Source: Akkermansiaceae bacterium (GTDB taxonomy: Bacteria; Verrucomicrobiota; Verrucomicrobiia; Verrucomicrobiales; Akkermansiaceae). From it: a stretch of DNA of 24,000 nucleotides. The DNA is taken from contig JABDRB010000001.1 of assembly GCA_013041925.1 (NCBI GenBank), positions 47,750-71,749 of the forward strand, given 5' to 3'. Position numbers and translations under genes: made by a program. Positions 1 through 8,322 of this stretch are shown here, piece by piece; within the stretch, counting starts at the first letter, position 1, and every line of letters starts with the position of its first letter. The notes beneath the pieces were generated by a model. It was given only the letters and a program-made list of their open reading frames with translations. It did not search any database and was not told where the DNA came from.

Positions 1-3000
1 GTGATTCTTGAACAGATAAAGCAGGTGTTTGAGCGCCGGCTCGTAATTGCCGTCATTGAAATTGAGTGTGGCCAACTCATTATGCTCATAGCGGTTCATC
101 TTGTAGGGGTCCTCGCTGTTTTCACCGGGTGGCAGGACTGTGAGTGTCCGGGCCTTGCCGATGGCCATACGATTCCGGTTATAGAGGTCCCGCACAGTCC
201 CCGGCAAAATACGATAAGTTCCCGGCGCATAGGCGACGAGTTCGTACGATATTCCTCCGACATCCTTTCCTGGGCTGTAAAACATCGTGATGACTCCATC
301 ACCTATTTCGTGATGCTGGAAGTTCCCTTGAAGTGATCCATCCACCACCAGCATGCCTGCGGGCAAAAACTCCTGCCGGATACGGTATTCACGACGCCCC
401 TCGGTGTAATAATTTTGTATTTCAGAGGTGGCGCGGATTTTTTGACCAAGCTCAACCTTGGTGACGGGAGAGCTGCTGGCGCTTTTTAACGGCATCCCAC
501 GATAGGTCAGGTTTCCGTGATAGTAATGGCCACTGGTAAACCGAAGCTTGTGCCCCCAAGAATCTGGGCTTTTAAGATCGGATGAAAATCCACTGAGCAC
601 TGCAGAATAATGGTAACTTCCAGGGCCTTTTTTCTCGAAGCGCACGATGTTCTCGCCGTCCTTAATCATCTTGGAAGGCACCTTGACCTTCGTCCTTTGC
701 TTGATGTCTCCACTCTTCAGGACCGTCAGCTTTTTATTGTTAATGAAAACCGTCACCTCAAAGTCCGCTTTCTCATCCATCGACTTGCCATAATATGCCG
801 CCAAAGCAGCCACGGCGGGCCCAAGTGAGCTAGGCGAGGCATAGCGGAAGCAACCCTGGCTCCGAAGTAACAGATTGGCAGCTTGAGCCGCCAGTGGTGA
901 GTCCGGTTTCACTGCCGCTAACGCGAGCAGCGCCATGGCGGTAGTCTCATCACGCGACTGCAAGACCGTATGCCCATGACCATCCCACCAAGCAATCTTC
1001 GGTTGGCGATCCGGTGAGTCGAGCTTCACCTTCTTTTCTAGGAGATTCACGAGATCACGTGCAAAATCGGGTCGATTCAGATTAATCATGGCAACGGCAG
1101 CACGAGCCAGTGCGTTATTGGACAGGCTGGCGCGCTCTCGGTAAATCCGATTGAGATGGGCGAAATCCGCCTTGCCCGTGACCGAAAGAGCATGCAGGAC
1201 GATGGTTTTGCTATCGTTATCCTTGGTGCCAAGTTTGCTGAAGGTGGTAACGAGATTTTTTTCAGCCTTGCTGAGGATGCCGGGGTGCAGCGGGATGCCA
1301 GCCTTTTGAGCAAGAGCAAGCGCCCAGTAACTACGGCAGGTCAAGTAGAGGTCTGTGCCCCCTTTCCAATACCATCGTCCATCGGCCTGCTGAGTAGAGG
1401 TGAGCGACGCTACTAAACCTTGAACACGATCTCGTAAAACTCGGATGCCTTCATCAGTCGCATGATGCGCAGTAGCATAGCTAAGCGCCGCTACGCTAGC
1501 AAGGAGATCGTCGGCTTGGGAGGCACCACGACCCGAGCGAAGCGTGAAATCAATCAATGCCTGCTTAATCGACGGGCTCAGGTTAAGCTCAAGTTCCCTC
1601 TGCGTATACTTTTTAGCAGCTGGCAATGCCAAAACACCATGAGCATTACCTGTGGTCATTCCACCAGCCGACACGGAAAACTCCATCCCCCAAGGGCGCA
1701 CGGGAAGCTTCATTACCAGCGTATCTGATTGATCGCCCGCCATAGAGCTGGCAGTCAGGGTGACGGATTTCCCGAGTGGTATAACCTGACTCTTGAAAAG
1801 ACACTCGGTAACCGAATGCTTTTTGATTTCGACATTCAGGCTGTCTTTGAACCCTTCACCAGCCTCAAGATTAAGTGATACTTCAATCTTTCCTTCGAAG
1901 TCGGTAAGGTTGTGGATCTTGGCGAGAAATTGCATCGCATCTCCCTCCTGCACCAAGACCGGAACCTTGAGTTCGAGGAAAAAGTCTTTCCGCGTAATCA
2001 GCTGGGCCGTCGCCTGACCTACAAGGGTGTCTTTGGTGCAACCTCGGGCTGTGAGCCTCCATTCGGTTGTATTGTCAGGCAGCGGAATAGTCACCGTCGC
2101 CTTGCCCTCAGCATCGGTAATGATTGGCGCAATCCAGCGCGAGGCATTCATGACTTCCTTGCGCGGCTTGGCTTCGAGGGCTTGTCCTTTCCCCTTCTTA
2201 GATTTTCTTTTGGTAACATTCTTACTCTCACCAAAGGGGTCAGCTTCGCCCGCTTCTGATTGGATTTGAGCTATAGATGAACCGGGTTTACTTGCGAAGG
2301 CATTATTATCCTCATTTAGACCTCTAGTAGCAGCACCTATAGCCCCCAGCAACTTTTGGTTAGCATAGCCATACCTCGAACCACGCAAAAGATCGAGCTG
2401 GGCCTTTTCCTCTTGCTTGCGAACTAGCCGCTCCTTTTCTTCTATAACTGACTTCACAACCGGCCGAGTGCGACCGTGATAAGCAAACCCGCACGTCGAT
2501 CCCAGACGGAACTCGGCATTGCGGCGAGCACCCGATTGGAAAAAATGACGAATCGGAGGCGCTGCGTCTGGGTAGAGTGAGTAGAGGGCTTCATTAACCA
2601 GCGCTAGACTGAGGGCCGCTTGGACAGGCTTGTCGTTTTGATCTGTGACCAGAAGATCAACGAGAGCATCGGCACCTGGCGCATCTACTGTCTTGTGCGG
2701 TACAACCTTCACACGAAGCTCGCGCTCGATGGTCAGGTCCTTGGTGGCAGAACGAATCGTGCGACCATCGATAGCGGCCACCGCGATACGGAAATTTGGG
2801 AAGTGTTTGTGATCTGGGATGAGGCCTAACACGTTGTACCCAGGCTTCAGAGTAAGCACTTTGTGGGATAAGATTTGCTCCCCTTCGATGGTCAGCAGAG
2901 CAAGCGTCTGATCAAGCCTCGAGTGCAGACTAATCGGCAAATCGGCACCTACCTGACCAGTTGAACTCTCTGCAAAAAACCGGAGCTTCACGGCATCAGT

Positions 3001-6000
3001 ATCATCGGAAACCGTTACGGTGTTTTGCGTGGTAACCACCTGCTTAAATCGATCTTCTCCCGACACTCGGATGATGTATTGCCCGCCCTTCTTCAAGGTG
3101 AGTTTCTTGGTAACGAGTCCAGTTTCAGCATCAGTGGTCACCTTGTGCTCCTCGACGGTGACCTCTGCCGCTGCTTGTACTGGGCGCTTAATCCATGGCA
3201 CTGCCGCGAGAATTTTGTTCGTTTTGGATATCTCTTTCCGTAAGACATAAAGAGTGAGCTCCTTGCCGACTGGCTTACCATCGGCAGTCAGCGTTTTTAA
3301 ATTGATATCGATCGGCTCACCTGCAAGCGCAACGCTCTGAGCTGGTGTTACGCTGGTGCTGAATCCGAGCTCTGCAAGAAACACATGATCGCCGGCCCTG
3401 ACATTATATTGCTTGGCGATTGCACCAAAAGTAAGAGATCGCCCTGGAAGAAAACCAGAGGGGTCAAACTCAATGGCAATTATCCCTTTGTCATCAGTCC
3501 GTCCCGAATAGGTGCGGCCGTCCGGTAGCGTGTAGTCGATTGTTTCGCCCGCTGCAGGGCTTCCCCAGTAGTAGTTCGCCTTGATTTTGGCTGAAATAGT
3601 CTCTCCTCTGAAAATCACCTTATTGGGGAAATCAAAGGCCAACTTGACCTTCTCAAGCTTGTATCGCTGCACATTGAATGCACCGTTAAATACAGGCGGG
3701 GCTTTGGCTCCCTTTTCACTCACGCTGATGACATATCCGCCAAGTGGAGCGTGAGAGTCAATCGTAAGCGAGGTATCCAATACTCCAAAATCACTTAACT
3801 TCCTCGTGGCCTCTTTGAGCATGCGTCCTTTGGGATCGAGTATGCGCACAACATACTTTTTCCCTTTAGGCACCACGTAGCTACCATCTTTCACATCCCG
3901 AATAATTCCCCGAACATTGACAGTCTCACCCGGACGATAAGTCGGCTTCTCTGTGTAAATATACCCGCGGGCACTCAAACCCGAACTAAACTTAAGGTTA
4001 TGAAGGCTTAGGTTGTTAGATGCGATACCATGCTTGCTTGCTGCAAAAATCCGGACACCTGCACTAGACTTCAGATTATCGAAGAACTCCTTGCAAAACA
4101 CCCCGTCCTTCCCCGTCTTGCCTGTTCCAAAAACTTCCTTGCCGTCGCTGGCAATCACCGAGACTCCAGAGGCGGGCTTGTTGGTGAGCCGGTTCTGAGC
4201 ATAGACCAATACCTCGCGACGACTCGTTTTGGTAATGATATCGATATCCGTTCTGATCACGAGTGTGGTCGTTTCAAAATCCTCTTCCGACACCTTAATG
4301 ACACACACGCCAGGCTTCCCTTTTTCAAATGGAATTTTGATGCGTTGGGTTGTGGGTTTGTATTTTTCATAGTTTTCCACATCCACATCCCAGGTTTTGT
4401 CAGGCTGGATCAAATCAACATCCAGCTCATCGATCCCTCCAATCCCATGGGTCTTACGGAAATACGCCTCCAAATTGAGGAAATACTGACTCAGTGTAAG
4501 CTTCGCCGCATTGCGTGAGGTCACTTCAATATAAACATCCTCATTGGTGCGGAACGAACGCTCGGTCTTTGCCGATAGGGCGTGCGCCGTCATCGTGGCG
4601 AATCGCTGGCGGGCCTGGCCGGCCGAGCTGCCCCAGTTCAGTCGCTGGTAGGTAGCCAATGCTTGCGCAAGCTCCCCTAGCTTCTCTTCCTGAATGACAC
4701 CAATACGATAAAGTGCCAAAGACGCCTCTTCAGTCTTTGGATACTTGCTCACCAAACGCTCCCACTCTTCCACCGCCTTACGGTAATGCACCTTTACCAT
4801 CGAAGCCGATTCCTCATCAAGCACTTCTGCCGATTCCTCAAGCTCCTCAGCAAGTGCGTATTGAATCTGCCCAAGGGTGAAAAGAATTTGCCGGGCCCGG
4901 TTATCTAACGGATGATCTTGGAGAAACTTGTCAAAATGCCCTTTCGCCAAGGCAAAATCTTTAGCCGCCACTGCATCAATCCCTATGCGAAATTTCGCGT
5001 TAATGATACCCGATTGACATTGCGCCCACTGCGCACCATTGGGAAATCTTGCAATATATTCACGCCACTGCTGGATGGCCTGTGTATATTTTTTCTGTTG
5101 AAAACGAAGTTGCCCGATCATGTGCACTGCCTCACGCGTCCAATTCTTGAACGTGGCACTACACGACTTCCCTGTCTTGATTTTCGGATCCACCTCGCCG
5201 TCCTCTGGGATAAACGTGAAATTCGCCGCCGCGGCAAACTTCTGATACGCAGCAATCGCATTGTCGGTTTCTCCAGCATTCTGGTAGGTCAGAGCAATAA
5301 GCCGTGATGTATCGGTGGCACGCGGATGGGTCGGGTGAGCCTTGAGAAACTTAGCGGCGACCAACAGCCCCTTGTCTCGCTCGTTACGCGCGGGGTGGGG
5401 CAGGTTGTAAGAACGAACCCATAACCAATACGTGTCCGAATGCTGGGCGTCATTCTCATTTGTATCTCCCAACAACGCCAGTAGGTCTTCTGCATTCTGT
5501 CGCGCCATCTGTAACTTGCCGAGGTGTGATGCTGGATTAGACTGCACCCTCAGCGCCTGATGACGGAAACCGGGAACCACCAAAACACTCTGCCCACACT
5601 GAGCTAACTGCACCTCGACAAGATGAAATCGTGCATCCCTCCAATGCTGCCCGGCAGGGCGTGGGTTTTCACGCACCTGCCCACGGAATCGTTCCGGACT
5701 ACCCACAGGACCAGACCACTTCGGGTCGTATTCTTTCAAATAAACACGGTAATGATTCTCAGCTTGCTTCCAGTTACTAAGGTTCTGGTAACACCGAGCA
5801 ACCTTGAACTGCACGGCATCTCGCAAATCACGCCCGATTTCCAAGCCGAGTGCCTTATTGTATAGTTGCAGCGCCTTGTTAAAATCCGCCGGCGGTGCAT
5901 CAAGCTCATCCTTGCCCGGTTTACGACTCAGCTCATCACCAAATTGAACCAGCACGCTAGCTATCCCCTTCTTGCGGTCGGCCGAAAACAAACGGTTCGC

Positions 6001-6357
6001 TTCGGCTTCATAAATCGCCTCCGCCTGTTTGAATTTCTTCTGCCTGACCAGCGCCCGACATTTTAAGAAAAGTGCCTTACGTCCCCAGTCACTTTTCGCG
6101 AAATCCTTCGCAAGCTGATCACAGGCAGCAACGGAAGCCTTATCCTTACCACTATGAAAAAGCGCCAACGCCTTGAGATAAACGGCATAATCACCCCGCT
6201 TCGCCTTGTTTGCAGCAAGATGCCCGTCCAAGAGCTCGACCGCCTGATCAAACTGCTTTCCCTGAATAGCATGTTCCGCCGCGAGCAGCTTGTCATCGGC
6301 AGCCGCAGAGACCACAAGCATTAAGGTAAGGGTAATCACATTAAGTAACGTCTTCAT
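1..6357 (-). CDS. Alpha-2-macroglobulin-like (MG2/A2M family) exported protein with long repeat-rich (TPR-like) N-terminal region; C-terminus truncated at window edge
   Basis: Hand translation of the minus strand from ATG at 6357..6355 gives MKTLLNVITLTLMLVVSAAADDKLLAAEHAIQG..., a plausible signal peptide. Sampled segments of this frame stay open to position 1. The A2M core block NASRWIAPIITDAEGKATVTIPLPDNTTEWRLTARG...FFLELKVPVLVQEGD lies around 1900..2160, and MG-domain-like segments such as YIYTEKPTYRPGETVNVRGIIRD lie around 3900. The track does not list this ORF, presumably because its stop is outside the window. Confidence 0.9.
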   Translation of the reverse strand, partial: MKTLLNVITLTLMLVVSAAADDKLLAAEHAIQGKQFDQAVELLDGHLAANKAKRGDYAVYLKALALFHSGKDKASVAACDQLAKDFAKSDWGRKALFLKCRALVRQKKFKQAEAIYEAEANRLFSADRKKGIASVLVQFGDELSRKPGKDELDAPPADFNKALQLYNKALGLEIGRDLRDAVQFKVARCYQNLSNWKQAENHYRVYLKEYDPKWSGPVGSPERFRGQVRENPRPAGQHWRDARFHLVEVQLAQCGQSVLVVPGFRHQALRVQSNPASHLGKLQMARQNAEDLLALLGDTNENDAQHSDTYWLWVRSYNLPHPARNERDKGLLVAAKFLKAHPTHPRATDTSRLIALTYQNAGETDNAIAAYQKFAAAANFTFIPEDGEVDPKIKTGKSCSATFKNWTREAVHMIGQLRFQQKKYTQAIQQWREYIARFPNGAQWAQCQSGIINAKFRIGIDAVAAKDFALAKGHFDKFLQDHPLDNRARQILFTLGQIQYALAEELEESAEVLDEESASMVKVHYRKAVEEWERLVSKYPKTEEASLALYRIGVIQEEKLGELAQALATYQRLNWGSSAGQARQRFATMTAHALSAKTERSFRTNEDVYIEVTSRNAAKLTLSQYFLNLEAYFRKTHGIGGIDELDVDLIQPDKTWDVDVENYEKYKPTTQRIKIPFEKGKPGVCVIKVSEEDFETTTLVIRTDIDIITKTSRREVLVYAQNRLTNKPASGVSVIASDGKEVFGTGKTGKDGVFCKEFFDNLKSSAGVRIFAASKHGIASNNLSLHNLKFSSGLSARGYIYTEKPTYRPGETVNVRGIIRDVKDGSYVVPKGKKYVVRILDPKGRMLKEATRKLSDFGVLDTSLTIDSHAPLGGYVISVSEKGAKAPPVFNGAFNVQRYKLEKVKLAFDFPNKVIFRGETISAKIKANYYWGSPAAGETIDYTLPDGRTYSGRTDDKGIIAIEFDPSGFLPGRSLTFGAIAKQYNVRAGDHVFLAELGFSTSVTPAQSVALAGEPIDINLKTLTADGKPVGKELTLYVLRKEISKTNKILAAVPWIKRPVQAAAEVTVEEHKVTTDAETGLVTKKLTLKKGGQYIIRVSGEDRFKQVVTTQNTVTVSDDTDAVKLRFFAESSTGQVGADLPISLHSRLDQTLALLTIEGEQILSHKVLTLKPGYNVLGLIPDHKHFPNFRIAVAAIDGRTIRSATKDLTIERELRVKVVPHKTVDAPGADALVDLLVTDQNDKPVQAALSLALVNEALYSLYPDAAPPIRHFFQSGARRNAEFRLGSTCGFAYHGRTRPVVKSVIEEKERLVRKQEEKAQLDLLRGSRYGYANQKLLGAIGAATRGLNEDNNAFASKPGSSIAQIQSEAGEADPFGESKNVTKRKSKKGKGQALEAKPRKEVMNASRWIAPIITDAEGKATVTIPLPDNTTEWRLTARGCTKDTLVGQATAQLITRKDFFLELKVPVLVQEGDAMQFLAKIHNLTDFEGKIEVSLNLEAGEGFKDSLNVEIKKHSVTECLFKSQVIPLGKSVTLTASSMAGDQSDTLVMKLPVRPWGMEFSVSAGGMTTGNAHGVLALPAAKKYTQRELELNLSPSIKQALIDFTLRSGRGASQADDLLASVAALSYATAHHATDEGIRVLRDRVQGLVASLTSTQQADGRWYWKGGTDLYLTCRSYWALALAQKAGIPLHPGILSKAEKNLVTTFSKLGTKDNDSKTIVLHALSVTGKADFAHLNRIYRERASLSNNALARAAVAMINLNRPDFARDLVNLLEKKVKLDSPDRQPKIAWWDGHGHTVLQSRDETTAMALLALAAVKPDSPLAAQAANLLLRSQGCFRYASPSSLGPAVAALAAYYGKSMDEKADFEVTVFINNKKLTVLKSGDIKQRTKVKVPSKMIKDGENIVRFEKKGPGSYHYSAVLSGFSSDLKSPDSWGHKLRFTSGHYYHGNLTYRGMPLKSASSSPVTKVELGQKIRATSEIQNYYTEGRREYRIRQEFLPAGMLVVDGSLQGNFQHHEIGDGVITMFYSPGKDVGGISYELVAYAPGTYRILPGTVRDLYNRNRMAIGKARTLTVLPPGENSEDPYKMNRYEHNELATLNFNDGNYEPALKHLLYLFKNH

Positions 6358-6712
6358 GATGGTTGTATGGTAGGGTTAGTGGACCCAAAATAGTGTAAAG
6401 CCCTTGTAAAAAAAGGACACAGGCAGAATAGTCAGCAACGAGAGAGCAATACCAACACCTTTTTCATCAAGGAATATTAGTCTCTCCGAATGCCCATCAA
6501 ACAAGACAAAATCGACTAGAGCGGGGGTCTTCCCGAGAGCTTTTCATCCTTCATGTTCATGAAGGCCCACAAACCATGGGCAACACTCGGCATTACTTTG
6601 GCGCAGTTCCCATGCTGCCTCGTCGAACATGTTAGAACACTCCTGCCAAACCTACACGCGCAAACCCTTACCATTGATGGCAAGGCAATGCATGGGGAGA
6701 AGGCTCCCTCTA

Positions 6713-6756
6713 TAAAAAATCGATCGCTGAAAATCTACCTGATCGATTCGATCGAT
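6713..6756 (-). terminator. Rho-independent-terminator-like hairpin downstream of the PEP-CTERM gene
   Basis: On the minus strand: ATCGATCG, a 22-nt loop, CGATCGAT, then a run of Ts (ATTTTTTATA). The 8-bp arms are perfect and start 5 nt after the TAA at 6763..6761. Confidence 0.45.
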
Positions 6757-6760
6757 CGCG

Positions 6761-7684
6761 TTATCTCTTCCGACGTAAAATCAGAGAGAGGGACCCAAGT
6801 CCAAGGAGAACGAGGGCGGTGGGCTCAGGAACCAAATCAGGTGAGTTCGCTGTCACGGTTCCGTTGGTTGTATACTGGAAAGCAACATCCTCCGCGATGT
6901 TGCTTGCGTCAGTGGTGCGGATGGTATAGACGACCTTACCTAGGAAATCATCCGAGGTATCTCCATCACCTAAGTCTACGAAATTAAGAGCCGCAGCACT
7001 CCCAGCGGCGTCGTATATCATCGTTGCCGTAGTTCCAGCCTTTGAAAAACTTGCAGCATCTCCATACCCATTATTTCCACCGTCGTTAGAAAAATTTGCG
7101 CTCGTAAGATCGATCAGGTTTAAATTTTCGTCATAATACATGACGTCAATGGCAATCTTGCTGGTATCTTGTCCTGTCCCCGAAAAATCTACCGCTTGGC
7201 CAAGCCCCCACTTCAAACCGGTCCACTTCGTGGCCGGCGTCCATGCTCGTGAAAATTGCTGGGTAAACGTAATGGAGCTGGTATCCCCATTGCTTATGAT
7301 TTTATGTCTGACATAGGTTTTCAAGTGAGTGCCCACATTTCCAGAATCAGTGGGGACAGCAAGGGAGTCACTGTCACTTGCCGCAGTTCTTAGCACCAGA
7401 TCAAATGTGCCACCATTTCCATTGACCGTGGAGGTAATAAAAGTCCTCCCTCCTACGTGTGCGTTAAGGTTTCCGCGCGCTCCTTGCGATATGAACTCAA
7501 TGGTTGAATTACCCGTCCCTACCTCAAAGTCTGCCAATTTTACCTTATCGGCTGAAAAACTTGAAGTATCGAAGGTTCCGCCCGTGCTTTGCCAAGTCAA
7601 AGGATCGGCCAGAAAAGTAGATGCCGCTTGCAGATAAATAACGCCACAGAAAGATAGAATGCAACATAGGGGGAATGTCTTCAT
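6761..7684 (-). CDS. PEP-CTERM sorting-domain exported protein
   Basis: The C-terminus VPEPTALVLLGLGSLSLILRRKR* has a VPEP motif, a hydrophobic stretch and a basic tail. The N-terminus MKTFPLCCILSFCGVIYLQAAS is signal-peptide-like. The track ORF extends to 7705, but the Met at 7684 is the more likely start. Confidence 0.85.
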   Translation of the reverse strand: MKTFPLCCILSFCGVIYLQAASTFLADPLTWQSTGGTFDTSSFSADKVKLADFEVGTGNSTIEFISQGARGNLNAHVGGRTFITSTVNGNGGTFDLVLRTAASDSDSLAVPTDSGNVGTHLKTYVRHKIISNGDTSSITFTQQFSRAWTPATKWTGLKWGLGQAVDFSGTGQDTSKIAIDVMYYDENLNLIDLTSANFSNDGGNNGYGDAASFSKAGTTATMIYDAAGSAAALNFVDLGDGDTSDDFLGKVVYTIRTTDASNIAEDVAFQYTTNGTVTANSPDLVPEPTALVLLGLGSLSLILRRKR

Positions 7685-8322
7685 GAAGAACCACTTACAA
7701 GGCATCTAGTGTGGTAGCAATAAAAAAATACATACATTGGCACGCGCCATAGGCGACCACGCAGCGCTGACATCGCAACAACTTTTCGATTCAGCGTCAG
7801 GGGATGTGTCCGTGCAGGGGTATTCGAGTTTGATGATCGGCAAGGCAATCGGCCGAGGCTCACGCTGAGGTGGTGGTGTCAGATCTATCCACTCTGACCA
7901 GAGCATCGGGTCGGCTTGGGGGGTCATTTCCTCAGATGCGGACAGGTTACCCAACATGCGGTATTTCTACACCGGATGGGTAATTGCGAGTCGGCTCTAA
8001 GCTTTGATGGACAGGGTCATGGGTCAGGGAGTGATCATCGGTGCGATTCTCAGGCCCTTAAATGTGGCCAAATAAGGACTCAAGTCACTTATTCCAAGCC
8101 AGTTAAGCCTATTTTGTAAATAGGGGGTTTTTCAGGGCATTTATCCTAGATATGGGGGCCATAATGAAAAAAACAGGCACATATTGTGTTCAGCACGGCA
8201 TTGCCGCGATCGGACGTCCATTTCCCTGACGGGGAGGGTTTTCACGGATATCACATCGCTAAGAATGACGCGGGACATGGAAGTGCTCTTTTTTTGGGCA
8301 GCACACGCATCGACCGTGATGC

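Noticed and set aside
4030-4518. 162-aa plus-strand ORF, and others on the + strand between 1 and 6100
   Set aside because: All are antisense to the 2119-codon A2M-like frame, which the track omits because it lacks a stop in the window.
7706-7957. 83-aa minus-strand ORF as a possible small gene upstream of the PEP-CTERM gene
   Set aside because: No Shine-Dalgarno-like sequence, no recognisable motif and unusual composition; left unassigned rather than called.
8281-8305. GTGCT ... AGCAC around a T-rich stretch as a mnmG terminator
   Set aside because: Only a 5-bp stem with a large loop, and the T-run is inside the loop rather than after the stem.
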